Shown here one piece after another: positions 45,896-57,864 of a stretch of DNA of 64,000 nucleotides (the first letter of the stretch is position 1; each line of letters begins with the position of its first letter). Under the pieces are notes generated by a model. The model was given only the letters and a program-made list of their open reading frames with translations. It was not told the DNA's origin and did not search any database. The DNA is from Saprolegnia diclina VS20 (taxonomy: Eukaryota). The DNA lies in the NCBI RefSeq assembly GCF_000281045.1, contig NW_008246105.1, positions 219,762-283,761 on the forward strand, in the 5' to 3' direction. The translations under genes were made by a program, and so were the position numbers.

Positions 45896-47942
45896 TTAGA
45901 GCACGACCGCGCCGTGGTCCAGAAATGCTTGGCGGATGAGGCGGAAGCCCTGAATGAGCCGCTGGCATTGCTCGGGCGTCTCGGTCTCCATGTCGATGGT
46001 GCGGCACGGCTTGGCACAGATAAGAGAGAAGCACCGGTTCGCCGGTGTCGCCGACGTGCGGTGAAAGACCTATTTGCCCAGTAAGGACAGCATCACCAAC
46101 AGCGAGCGTACATGCGTCTGCTTGCCGGGCAAGATGTCGACGATGAGCTTGAGCTCGATCGTGGTTTGCTTGCGCGGGTGCTGGAACGCGCCTTCCTTCT
46201 TTGCCTCGTCGATGCTCATCCAGCTCAGCCAGTGCCCTGCTGCGTCAGCATACAAGAAGCGAGCGTGCGCTGCGCCCATGCGTCCATGCTACGTGGTGAA
46301 GGCTGCTGAGGACTGTCCGACTGAAGTACTACCTTTTGCACAAGGATGCCCGTTGTCGACAGCTGCGTCATGAAGCGCCGAAGGATGAGGAGCTTGGCTT
46401 GGTCGCGGGCCGCGCGCGCTGCCTCGATCGCCGATGCTCCTGCAATCGTATCGCTCAGCGACGCTTCAATTTGCCTCTCGGCCTCGAGCTCCGCCTCCAA
46501 CTCGTGAATTCGGTTGGTCAGCGCCAGCTTTTTATCCGTCCACGCGGCATTGGGCTCGGGCAACGCGTCGGTCTGGACCTCGTGCGACGCTGTGACCACA
46601 GCTGGTGGCAGCGACGTGATCACTTTTTGGGCCACCGCTTGGGCTTGTCGCTGGTGCTCGAGGTCCAAGATGACGCTCTTGACGTGGTCAGCATGCGCTT
46701 GGAGCTTCGCCTCGAGATCGGCCTTGTGTTGTTCGTGCTCCTTGCGCTGTTGCCGGACTGAGGCGAGTATGTCCAAATGTTGCTGCTTGACGCTTGCGGA
46801 CGTGGCCGAGGTCGCATTGCCTTGCTCGGTCTACGAACAATACATATACCAGTTTTCCACCAGGTCGGATGCCAACGTACCGCCATGAGCTTATCGAGCT
46901 CCGTTGTCGCGTCGTCTTCGTCGTGGATCTCGCGCCGAAGCGCCTCCATTGCCCGAAGGTCTTCGAGCCGTGCGGTCTCGAGCGCTGCGAGTTTCATATC
47001 GGAAGCTCGCTTGGCTTGCTGCGCGGCCTCGAGGCGCGCATGCAGGTCGTCGGCTCGCGTGGCCATGCTGGCATTCTCCACCTACAAGCAGAATGTAAGG
47101 ATGCGATACATGGTACATGCTGACGGTACGCGGAGCTCGTGGAGCTTGCTTGTGGCGTGGTCGCGCTCGTGCTGCAGCTCCAGCAGCCGTGCATGCTTTG
47201 CTTCGTACGCTGTCCGCTCTTGCGCAATGCGCTCGTGCAGCGCCGACGTCGTCGCGTCCATCTCGGTGTTGGTTGCGAGAAGCGAATCGTTCCACTTTTT
47301 AAAGAGCTCGAGCTGAGCGAGCGCCTCGTCCCGCTGCCGACTACTCTCGTCGAGCCGCGTGCGCAAGTCGATGATTTCATCTTGGAGCTTGCGCTCGCGT
47401 AGATCGCTATCGTCGGGCAGCGCGGGCTGCTCGTCTTTCGCAGTGACGTCGGCCGACTTGGGGTCGGCAAATGTGAGCAAAAGTGGCCGCTTGGCCGTCT
47501 TGACCCTGCCCAATAAGAAATAAATCAGAAGAATGAAGTACGAGCTGCGTACTTGGCGACGACAACGTCAAAACTCGTATCGCGCACGTCGAGGTCGTTG
47601 ATGCCGCGAATGACGAGGCCAGGCATGATGACACTATGAGTGGTCTTTGAGACCACCGAGGAGTATTTGGCGGAGGTTGTACCGCTTGAGGTTACAGCTC
47701 AAGTAGCAGTGCTCGTTGTGGTCGAAAGCGTGGTTAGCGTGGACCTTGGCGTTAATGACGTGCTGCACGACGCACGTGTACGTGCCATGCGGCGTCGCGA
47801 CGTTGGCGGCGACAAAGCCGAGCCCGACGGGCTTGCGCCCATTGAAAAGGACGCTAAACTCATTTTCCCAGACGGCGCTCGGAAGACCCGTCGGAGACTT
47901 GGCAAAGACGTCTTGGTTCCCGGCCGCCGGGCGGCCTGCCAT
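45896..47942 (-). CDS. Hypothetical PDZ-like + coiled-coil + PH-like protein, multi-exon
   Basis: N-term FSVLFNGRKPVGLGF...PGLVIRGIND..V...F..VV..VK..KRPLLLTF; long heptad region; C-term DILPGKQT..F...CFSLI...RTIDME...LIQGF. Confidence 0.6.
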
Positions 47943-48607
47943 GCACTTGAGCATCCTTGTCAACTGCAACTCCGCTCACTACGCCAGCTAAAAATAGAGC
48001 TGCACACTATTTCCGTAGATCCAATTCTTTCCGGACGATCGTTATCGTCGGATTCGCAATACAAATATGTCGCAAAGCAAAATGCACAGTGGCGATCCTC
48101 GGCAGTACCGGTAGCACCTACCAGACAGGACATCAAGCGTCCTTGACAATACGGATCTATATCGCAGCAGAGAAGCAACTCAGTGGCATTGATATTGAGT
48201 CTGAGGATGTCGCAGTCCGAGCTTGTCGCTGACGGTGCGGACGCATTATTGCCTGATTATGCGAGGCGAATGCGGAAAGATCGCTTCGTACAGTCTAGTA
48301 GCCCAGTCCGACGCGTCTCGACAGGCTACAGTCTCACGCCTCTATATACAGCCCCCTGTATGTCTGAATAGTGTGCAACTACTAGTACCCAAGTGCGAAG
48401 CGAATGGGAACTTGTGCAATTGCACCTCCAGGCGAATACGACTTGTCGTCAAGCGCATCATCAACGCGGCAAGACACCATCAACACGGCGAGATCTTTTC
48501 TAGGAATAGTGTTCTAACACTATTTCAAATATCAGTATTAGTATAAACACGTACGCTATATCCGGATGCAGGCTGCAAGATTGCGATCTCGCAGCGGTGG
48601 ACTTCGT

Positions 48608-48623
48608 TCTCATTTTCCATTTG
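48608..48623 (+). promoter_or_regulatory. Oomycete INR+FPR element upstream of NDH-2
   Basis: TCTCATTTTCCATTTG ends 17 nt before ATG 48641. Confidence 0.55.
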
Positions 48624-48640
48624 CCTCTTCAACCGTCATC

Positions 48641-50311
48641 ATGTCGTCGGTCCTCCTCCGCGCCCGGCGCCTCGCACCTCTCCTCGCCATCGCGTCTGCG
48701 ACTTCGGCCGCTGTCGCCTGGAACCAGCAGGCGCCAGTGCCCATCGCCAAGGACGCGGCCAAGCGCCACATCGTCGTGCTCGGCTCGGGCTGGGGTGCTG
48801 TCGCCTTCTTGCGCAAGCTCAAGCCCGACGACAGCACGCGCGTGACGGTCGTCTCGCCGCGCGGCGTCTTTCTCTACACGCCACTGCTTCCCGCCGCCTC
48901 CACAGGCACAGTCGAGGCGCGGTCGATCGTGGAACCGATCCAGACGTTCTTGCCCAAGCACGCGCGGTTCGTCGAGGCGGCTGCGACCGCGATTGATCCT
49001 ACGACAAACCGTGTCACGTGCGTCTCGGAGCTGGACCCGGACACGCCGTTTACGCTCGAGTATGACCAGCTCGTCGTTGCAGTCGGGTCGGTTGCCAACA
49101 CGTTTGGCACGCCCGGCGTCACCGAGCACGCGCACTTTCTCAAAACGTACGACGACGTTGTGGGTCTGCGGAAGCTTGTGCACGCGCGCTGGGAGCAAGC
49201 GTCCTTGCCAACGACGTCGCCGGACGAGCAGCAGCGTCTCTTGTCCTTTACGATCTGCGGCGGCGGGCCCACCGGCGTCGAGCTTGCGGCCGAGCTCCAC
49301 GACCTCTTCCAACGAGACCTCAAGAAGCACTACCCGCACCTCGCGTCATTGGCCACCGTCCGCGTCATCGACTGTGCGAGCCAGATCCTCTCGATGTTTG
49401 ATCGCAAGATCGCGTCATATGCGACGTCGGCCTTTGCCAAGCACGGTATCGAGACGCTGCTCAAGTGCCGCGTCACCCGAGTTTACGCCGACAGCGTCGA
49501 CGTTCTCGACACCACCACCGGCAAGACGTCGCGGCTGCCATGTGGTACGACAATGTGGTGCTCGGGTATTGGGCTGCACCCGCTTGCGGCGTCGATCGCG
49601 TCGCTCTTCCCCGAGCAGCAGACCAACAAGCGCGCGGTCGTCGTCGACCCGTACTTCCGCGTTCTCGGCAGCTCGAACCTCTTCTGCTTCGGTGACGCGG
49701 CCGCCGTCACATACGAAAAGTCGGTCGCGCACGCCAAGGAGCTCTTTGACCAATTCGACTCGACGCACGAAGGCAGCCTCTCGTTTGAGGACTTGGCCGC
49801 GCTCTTCGAGCATGCCTCCAGAACGTACCCGCAGTTCCGCGAGCACGTGCATTTGATCCAAGAGAGCCGAGGGACCTCGAAGTTCTCACGCCCGTTTGTC
49901 AACGGTGCGCTCCACGCGATCTTTGAAGCGGCCGACGCCGACCACAACAACCGCCTCGACAAGGACGAATTTGTGGCGCTTTTGGCGGCCATGGACGCAC
50001 ATCTGCGGTCGCTGCCCGCCACCGCTCAAGTTGCACAGCAGCAAGGCGAGTACCTTGCGCAGCTCTTCAACAAGAAGCTCGAGCAAAACCCGACGAGCGC
50101 GGCGCCCTTTGAGTGGGCGAACCTCGGGTCGATGGCGTTCATTGGCGAGAACGAAGCTGTTGCGTCAATGCCCGGCGCCGGCGTCGTCCAAGGCTTTGCC
50201 ATGGGCTTGCTCTGGCGAGGTTTCGAAACGATGAAGCAGCAGAGCTACCGCAGTCTCATGGCCGTCGCCTCGGACCAGATTCGCACGTCGATCTTTGGGC
50301 GCGGGCTGTAA
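48641..50311 (+). CDS. Type II NAD(P)H dehydrogenase with EF-hand insertion (NDB-type), intronless
   Basis: VVLGSGWG, YTPLLP, CGGGPTGVE; EF hands DSTHEGSLSFED and DADHNNRLDKDEF; LPATAQVAQQQG. Confidence 0.93.
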   Translation: MSSVLLRARRLAPLLAIASATSAAVAWNQQAPVPIAKDAAKRHIVVLGSGWGAVAFLRKLKPDDSTRVTVVSPRGVFLYTPLLPAASTGTVEARSIVEPIQTFLPKHARFVEAAATAIDPTTNRVTCVSELDPDTPFTLEYDQLVVAVGSVANTFGTPGVTEHAHFLKTYDDVVGLRKLVHARWEQASLPTTSPDEQQRLLSFTICGGGPTGVELAAELHDLFQRDLKKHYPHLASLATVRVIDCASQILSMFDRKIASYATSAFAKHGIETLLKCRVTRVYADSVDVLDTTTGKTSRLPCGTTMWCSGIGLHPLAASIASLFPEQQTNKRAVVVDPYFRVLGSSNLFCFGDAAAVTYEKSVAHAKELFDQFDSTHEGSLSFEDLAALFEHASRTYPQFREHVHLIQESRGTSKFSRPFVNGALHAIFEAADADHNNRLDKDEFVALLAAMDAHLRSLPATAQVAQQQGEYLAQLFNKKLEQNPTSAAPFEWANLGSMAFIGENEAVASMPGAGVVQGFAMGLLWRGFETMKQQSYRSLMAVASDQIRTSIFGRGL

Positions 50312-50427
50312 ATATTTGTACAGAATAAAGTTTGCATGTCGCATCGCTTTGATAGATTGATACGTGGGTCCTCCACCTGCGTTTCAACTTGATACAGAAA
50401 GAAAGGCCAGCCTATTTATACAGCCAA

Positions 50428-52542
50428 ATGCCGCGGTCGCGGAGCAGTGTCCGGCGCGGGAGCGTGATCCTGTCGGGACCGCCCGGGCTCCCGAACAGCC
50501 ACCTCTCGTGGCGCGTGAACGACCGCGTCTCGTCCGTGATTGAGTTTATGACGCACCCGACCCGGCTTCGTCGGCTCTCGACGTCGGTGCGGCAACAGAT
50601 TTCGGATCTCAAGACGCGGCTCTACAAGGCGCTCATACGCTTTCCCGTGCTTTTGTTCATTTCCACTGTCCACGTGCTCACAGCGTTCCATTTAGCTCTA
50701 CTCGGATCGCTCTTCCTTTTGGCGCCGACCGCCGACACGGTGTTTCTCTTGCCATGGCACCTCCATTCGATCGCACCGGGCTTTTACTTTGCGTTTGCCG
50801 TCCTTCATGCGGCGGCGATCGTACACCACAAGTCGCCCGTCATCCGCACGTTTGTCTCGATCCGAGACACGGTCGCGACGCGCGTGGCGCCGTTCGGCGC
50901 CAACGACGCCAAGACCAAGCGCCGCCACGCTGCGCTGTTGAGTGAAGCGTTCGTGCTCGGTAGCCATCTGTGCAATTTGATTTCGTTTTCGTATCAAGGC
51001 AAGCGCATGGCCGATCGAACGACCGATACGTCGCTCTCGTTTGTCTTTGCCCTTGGCGTGAGCGTCTACGCGCTTGCGTCACCGTGGCTGCTGTTTCAAA
51101 CCAATGGCTTCTTGCGGCGCACGTCACTGCTTGCCTTGAGCTGCGCGTTTGGCTTTCTCTTATCAACGGTGCTTTCGACGCTCATGTTCCTCTCGAGCAT
51201 GCTCGCCTTCTTCCTCGACGACGCGTCTTCCAACGGCACTAACTATTACGAGTGGCAGACCAAAATGATCCTCTTTAATCGGTACGTCGTCGTCTCGTCG
51301 TTTGGCGACCTCGTCGTCAAGCTTCTGCCGCACGCGACGAGCTACATGACGCTCGAGCTTCTCGCGCACTCACTCGACCACGCGATTCACATTCCCGAGG
51401 CCAAACTGCGCCCGATCCAAGCCAAATGGGTGCCTCCGCAGCGCTTGCATGGACGTCGCACCTTTGGGTTTACTTTCATCGCCAAGAGGTACCCCAAGCT
51501 TTGGGATTTTGATTTTTCAAAACGCTATGCGCTCAAATGCTACCTCGTTGTCTGCATGCTATGGGGCCTGACGATTGCAGTCGTTGCCATCACGTCGACG
51601 TGGTTCCGCGCGCCGTGCCCGCCCGAGTGCAAGCTCCAGGTCACGTCGTGGTTCTCGTCGTCTTGCGATTGCGTCTTTTACCGTCTCAACTGCGCACAGC
51701 AGCAGCTTCCTGGCCGCACGATTGTCGATGTCATCCCGCCGTCGATCGGCGCCTCGCTCTTCTTCCTCAACGTTGTGCGCTGTGCCCTTCCCGACGGCCC
51801 CCGCCCCGAGCTCTTTGCGCGGTTCCCCTATCTCTTTGGACTCGCGATCGAGTTTTCCAACCTCTCCGAGTGGGCGATACCGCCCACGTCGATACCGCAG
51901 ACGCTCATGCAGCTCGAGCTCCGGCATTCGTCCTTGGCAGCCGTGCCCAAGGTGCTGCGCGACTTGGGGCCGCTGCCTAACCTCGTGCACCTCGCGCTCG
52001 TCGGCTCGCGTATTACGCATGTACCACAGAGTGTTTGGGCGACGTGGGCACAGCAGCTTGTGGGTTTATCGCTCTCGGAGGCCCGCTTGACGAACGTCAG
52101 CATGTTTGGCACCGCGACGTCAGCGATCTTGTGGCCCAAGCTGGTGCATCTCGATCTCTCGTTCAATGTCATCGACGAGCTCCCGATGCGTGCGCTTATC
52201 AACTGCTCGTCGCTCGAGGCTCTCTATTTGGACCACAACCGCATCACAGCGCTACCAAAATACCTCGTGCTCGCGCGACCCGACCTCACGATTGAACTCA
52301 ACTTCAACCCGCTCGTATGGGATACACCAGGCACAGGCGTTCCCGCCAACGTCCGGCTGCGGGGCTCCACGTACTGCAACTTGACCAATAGCCCGATGAA
52401 TTGTGCGAAAGGAAGTCCGTGTGGCTGCAGCGACTGGATCGATCTCTGTGACCCAACCTGCTTTACAGAGACCTGCAACTTTGACAACGGTCAGTGCGCT
52501 GGTTATGGCTTCAACACGTCGGGACCTCTTTTTTGGCCGTAA
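50428..52542 (+). CDS. Multi-pass membrane protein with LRRs and C-terminal LNR-like cysteine motif, intronless
   Basis: About 7 hydrophobic segments, C-P-P-E-C cap, LxxLxLxxN repeats, CDPTCFTETCNFDNGQC. Confidence 0.75.
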   Translation: MPRSRSSVRRGSVILSGPPGLPNSHLSWRVNDRVSSVIEFMTHPTRLRRLSTSVRQQISDLKTRLYKALIRFPVLLFISTVHVLTAFHLALLGSLFLLAPTADTVFLLPWHLHSIAPGFYFAFAVLHAAAIVHHKSPVIRTFVSIRDTVATRVAPFGANDAKTKRRHAALLSEAFVLGSHLCNLISFSYQGKRMADRTTDTSLSFVFALGVSVYALASPWLLFQTNGFLRRTSLLALSCAFGFLLSTVLSTLMFLSSMLAFFLDDASSNGTNYYEWQTKMILFNRYVVVSSFGDLVVKLLPHATSYMTLELLAHSLDHAIHIPEAKLRPIQAKWVPPQRLHGRRTFGFTFIAKRYPKLWDFDFSKRYALKCYLVVCMLWGLTIAVVAITSTWFRAPCPPECKLQVTSWFSSSCDCVFYRLNCAQQQLPGRTIVDVIPPSIGASLFFLNVVRCALPDGPRPELFARFPYLFGLAIEFSNLSEWAIPPTSIPQTLMQLELRHSSLAAVPKVLRDLGPLPNLVHLALVGSRITHVPQSVWATWAQQLVGLSLSEARLTNVSMFGTATSAILWPKLVHLDLSFNVIDELPMRALINCSSLEALYLDHNRITALPKYLVLARPDLTIELNFNPLVWDTPGTGVPANVRLRGSTYCNLTNSPMNCAKGSPCGCSDWIDLCDPTCFTETCNFDNGQCAGYGFNTSGPLFWP

Positions 52543-52746
52543 TATGTTGTTAATTGCTAAGCAAATATGATGCTTGAACGGGATGCTCCGTGTGCTGCTT
52601 GGTAACCTCTTGGCCCAACAGCTGCAAGCAAATCGCGAGCCAGCCGACAGAGGGAAGACCTTGCCCGCTAAGACAGAGAGGCTTCGTCGCTTCAACTGTT
52701 CCTCTCTGCATGATAACGCTGCCGCAGCAATGAGAGAAAGCTACTT

Positions 52747-53000
52747 NNNNNNNNNNNNNNNNNNNNNNNNNNNNNNNNNNNNNNNNNNNNNNNNNNNNNN
52801 NNNNNNNNNNNNNNNNNNNNNNNNNNNNNNNNNNNNNNNNNNNNNNNNNNNNNNNNNNNNNNNNNNNNNNNNNNNNNNNNNNNNNNNNNNNNNNNNNNNN
52901 NNNNNNNNNNNNNNNNNNNNNNNNNNNNNNNNNNNNNNNNNNNNNNNNNNNNNNNNNNNNNNNNNNNNNNNNNNNNNNNNNNNNNNNNNNNNNNNNNNNN
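52747..53000. other. Assembly gap (254 N)
   Basis: Run of N. Confidence 1.
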
Positions 53001-53271
53001 CTGGCATACATTCTACAAGTAGAGAGCCAGAAGAGATGCATTAAAATGCGGCCCAATACAATGCCACCGAATCTTCGCTTTCGTGCCGGATACCACAGTC
53101 CAATTTCCGCCTTCTTCAATATGCCATCTTCTTCCGTTGCCGACCTCAGCAGCATCTTGACGTGCTCGATCGCAGTCCTCGGCGCCATGTACCCGCAAGG
53201 TAGACGACCTCTCCATGGGACCTAGGTAGACGCAAGCAGCTCATCGCCCACTTCCTGTAGATACCCATCTC

Positions 53272-54139
53272 ATGGAGCTTGGCAGCATCGTCGGCGTCCC
53301 CGAGGTAGCCGAGCCCCAGAAGCCGACGGCCCCCATCAAGTTTATGGGCACGCGACTGCGTTGCATGGAGCTCGAAGAGAAACTGGCTGCGCTGATAGCC
53401 AAGGTACGGATCCCCATGGTTGGCAACGCTAAGCGAGCACGCGTGATGTAGCTCACGTCGGTCACGTACCCCTTCAAAGACGACGTGTTCGACGCCATGT
53501 CTTCACTGCGCCAGCACGACCAGATGCTGTGCGAGCTCGAAGAGTACATTTCCGCAGATCTCCCTGCGAAGGAAGAGTTCCTATACGGTACGACGTGCTT
53601 GAAATGTAGGCTCCGGCGACCCATGACTGCTCCGTACTAGGCAACTGCGCGAACATGCGCGCGACGATCCGCGAGACTATGCAGTACCTGCAAGTGCAAC
53701 TCCAGACGACGTTTGACGCCAAGGGCCAAGCCGATTACCTCATGCGGCCCCTCCGTCGCAAAGTCCACCACGCGCGGAAGCTTCTCACGGTCCTTCGGAA
53801 AAAGGCAAGCGCCATCCTCCACCACCACGCGCTAACGATGACCATGCTTAGGTGTTTTTACACAACGACTCGACAGACGTGGGCGTCCAGCTGCATACGA
53901 TCGAAGCGCTGCTCCTCGACGCGGAAGAGACCGATCTGCAGTTTGACTGCCACGCCTTCCATTACGGCCGCGATCTCTTAATAGAAGAAAAGGACCGCAT
54001 CATTGCCGAGTGGAAGCTCGTGCGCCGGGACATTCGCCAAGTGCGGCGCGCGACCAAAGAAGGGCCAGCTTCGTCGTCGTCGCCGTCCAGCAGCAGCAGT
54101 CTCCTCGAGTTCCGCGCCGCGTCGCCATGCCAGTACTAA
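53272..54139 (+). CDS. Hypothetical helical protein (3 introns, one GC-AG); start uncertain
   Basis: Four frame-compatible segments with coding-type codon bias, joined by short introns at about 53404-53450, 53588-53640 and 53805-53851. Confidence 0.5.
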
Positions 54140-54269
54140 TCCATGCTCGTGCTTGCAACAGTGGAAGAGACAAGAAAGGCGATTCGATGTCGTTTGCACG
54201 CAATACATTGTTTTTGTCTTTTTGTCGTTGGACAACCTTGCACTAATTTTACACCAACCCGCGGCTTCT

Positions 54270-56553
54270 TTAAATCGTTTGACATTGGTACTTCCAAATG
54301 CACGCAAAACAGTCGCCCGAGCCCGTGGCGAAGAAGGGCGACGCCGGCGACGACGCCACACTGATGACCGAGTTGCGGTACCCGCTGAGCGTCAGCACCG
54401 ACCGTGCCGTCCGCGGGTCCCAGAAGATGACCGACCGATCCTTGGAGCCCGACATGATCCATCTACAAGACACGAGTGAGATCCTGGTCGCTAGAGGAGG
54501 AGGATGCGTACCGTCCATCGGGGGTGTAGGCGACCGAGAGGACAAAGTCCTTGTGGCCTTGGAAGAGCATGCGCGGCCGCGTGGTCGTGCGGCCCGACGC
54601 CGACACGTCCCAGAGCATAATGTTCTTGTCGAGCGAGCCAGAGATCACATTCTTGCCGTCCGGCGAAAACGCCAGCGAGTAGACCGAGTCGCAGTGGCCC
54701 TCCAAGCGGTCCATGAGCTGCGACGTCTCCGTGTTCCAAATGCGCACGACCTTGTCGAGCGACGCCGCCGCCAAGAGTCGGCCGTCCGGCGAGAGTGCCA
54801 CGTTCGTGACACCATCGGCCGGGCCGCCCGTCTCCGTGCCAAACACGTGGCGGCACTCGCCCGAGCGCGCGTCCCAGAGACGCACCTTGCGGTCGCCCGA
54901 GCCCGAGACAATGAGGTTGTTGACGTAGTCGAGCGAGTAGATTTCGGCTTCGTGGCCGACGAGCGGCGGGCCTTCCTCGTTGGACGCAATGTCCCAGATG
55001 CGGATCGTGTTCTGGGGCATGCCGGCCACGAGCTTCGTGCCGTCGGGCGAGAAGCACACCGAGCGCACGTACGCGTCCTCGTTCTCGTTGGGCTGCGCGC
55101 CGTTGGCGTTGGTGATGGCCGGGCGCTGCACCCAGAAGGTGCGGGCACCGGTCGCGACGTCAAAGACCTGCGCCGTCTTGTGGCAGCCCGACGCCATCTT
55201 GGTCCCGTCCGCCGAGAAGCGGACGCAGCAGACGACGCTTTGGTGGTCGAGTGTGTGATGCATCTCGACGGTCGGGCGCTCCGTCTCCGGAAAGTGCGTG
55301 CTCGAGCCCTTGTTCGAGTACGTGATCGACCACTTGACCTTGCTCTGCTTGGAGCTCGACGAGCCGTTGGTCGAAAAGCCGGCATTGTTGCCGTTGGACG
55401 GCGTCGAGTTGCCACCGCCCGGCGCGGACGACGGCGGCGGCGTCACCGAGCCCGTCGACTCGTTCGTTTCGTTGTTCAAGTGGTGCATCTTGGGGTTGCC
55501 CGGCGACGACTGCATCGGTGCCGGGGCCGGCACCGACGACTTGCTCGAGCCGTTGCCACTCGACGACTTGCTTTCGGGGGCGCTCGACTTGATCTTCTTC
55601 ATGACGGGCGACGAGTTGGCCGACGAGCCGCCAACGGCGGCCGACGCCGGCGGCGGGCCAGGAATGCGGTGGCGGTCGTCGTTCTTCATCACTTCACGGT
55701 CGTCGCCACGGCGGTCGAGGACATCGCGGCGGTCCGAGTCACGCGAGCTCGGGATGCCCGGCATGGCGCTACGACGGCCGGCCGTCGGCGTGTGAAGGTT
55801 GTTCTCAAGCGGCGCCAGCGAGGACGACTGCATCGGGGGAGGAGGGCCTTGGTGCGACGGGCGCTCGCGGCCACGCTGGTCACGCTCGTCGAGGCCGGCC
55901 GGACGGCCCATCGAGGGGGCCGGGGCGACACGGACGGGACTACCGCTGCGCTGGGAGCGCGCAGGCACCATCGGCTGGCCGGGGTTCATGGGCGGCATGA
56001 CTTGCGGGGGCGGGGCCTGCTCGTCCGAACGATTCCGCTTGCCCGTCGACATGCCCATCTTGACACCGCCCTCCATTTGACGGCGCATACGGATGACGTC
56101 TTCCTCGTACTGCTGGCGCAAGCGGCGGTGGTTGTTCTCCAGCGCCTTGAGGGTCTGTTGAATCTGGTCCATCTCGGCGACCTGCGATTGGATCTTGCGC
56201 TCGAGCTCCATGTTTTCGATCTTGCTGATGTTAAGCTGCTGCAGGACGCTCTCAAACTCGTTCTTGGCGCTCTCGAGCATGTCAACAATGCGCGACGCGC
56301 TGCCGCTCACATGCGACGCTTGGTTCTGCGGCACGTTGACGACGCCGACGTTGGCGTTGCCGGGCGCGCCGGTCATTTGCATCGGGGGAATGTTGACGCT
56401 GGGGCCGCGGAGGTCGCGCATCTCCCGCATGTCGCGGATCGGGTTGACGTTGCCGACCGAGGGCACGTTGGGCACGCCGCCGCCGACCGCGCCGCCACCG
56501 TTCGGGTTCACTCGGCGGGGCACCGAGCCTGGTTGTCCACTTCCGGGGTACAT
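54270..56553 (-). CDS. TUP1: Tup1-like WD40 transcriptional corepressor (1 intron near the 3' end)
   Basis: Tup_N-like helix [14 protein letters not shown]...[28 protein letters not shown]40 [50 protein letters not shown]. Confidence 0.88.
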
Positions 56554-57864
56554 GTTATAGATAGGTCTTCTAAGCACACATGCACAAGGATGAGATCTCG
56601 CCGCCCATGACCATGGTCGCCGCCGAAGCGCCCCGAAGCCGGCGCCGCCCGGCGGGCAGTCGCTCGGCGCCGAGGCTCGTCGACGTCGTCGGTGGCATCT
56701 ACCTCTGTTGTTCGTGCTTGGTGCTTCCGGCTTCGATTCGGACGCCTGCTCGGTGTTGCTGGGGGAACCGTCAGTGGTCGGTCGCCCAAATTTGTGGTTA
56801 ACAAAGAAATTCGAGTAATGAAGGAGGGACTTGTCCTCATCTTCGTTTTAAGCTTGCTTTCCGTATACCATAGTAAGCGGTCGCTATAATGTATACGCGC
56901 GACCCCGCCGATTTTAAAGCCCCCGCTTCAAGAATTGCCAACTGACAGTTTCAGTTTCTCTGTACGAGCCGACATCTTGGAATCTGTATGGACTCGATTT
57001 GAATTTTGAATTTTATCTGCGTGTCCATTAAAATCATGTTTTTAAATTCACTATGGGTTTGTATGTGGGCGGAATAAAAAGTGGCTGGTGCGAGAACAAG
57101 ACGCCCGCGCCAGATGGCTCAGCGGATTGTCGTGGGAATAATAATATAACGCGAAAGAGGCAGGCCGCGTATTTAAATACAACGTGTTTAAAAAAGTGAC
57201 TGGTGGAGAATTCCAGGCTTTTGGGTACCTTGTTGCGGGATCGCTCGTGCGACGTTCAACTTGGTGCGGAGGGATGTAGCGGCGCGGGCGACGACTATAC
57301 AAGTCACTTCGCTGGAAACCGCGCACTGGCCCTTTATCCGGACGCGCGCAGTCTCCCGGCATCGCATCCGGCATGCGAATGCGACAAACGCACACGACGA
57401 CGACGACGATGGCGTCATGGCGCCACGGATAGAATCACCGTCATTAGCCATGATCCACCCTAATGGGCAGCGATACATCCCACGATGAAAGCAAGGACGC
57501 GTCGTGCATGAGGGCACAAGGACGACCGAGGTATCTTCGATAAGAACTCGGCGTTGGAGCGCCGCAGGAGTGACGATCCAGCACCGATCAGGGCGTCCAC
57601 GAGAGACTTGAACCTGCGCACCAATCAGCGGCCACCGCGCACGACTGCATCCGTTCCATTGTGTTGCGTGTGTTTAGCCAACTCCGTGTCTATACAACAA
57701 CGGGGCACATATTCCACCGCGATGCGCGCCCTCGTTCGAATATTGGCGGCTACCGGGATGGGGCACGGCCCAAGTGATATCATATTGGCATCCCCTGCGC
57801 ACTCAATATGTGAATATCAATATGTAATATGGGGCGGTTGGGAATGACTAATAAATACGCGGTC

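Noticed and set aside
52550..53188. ORFs spanning the N-gaps
   Set aside because: Artefacts of translating through unknown sequence.
54298..56610. 770-aa plus-strand ORF
   Set aside because: Antisense shadow of the Tup1-like gene; Arg/Ala/Val-rich with no motifs, as expected from GC-rich codon bias.
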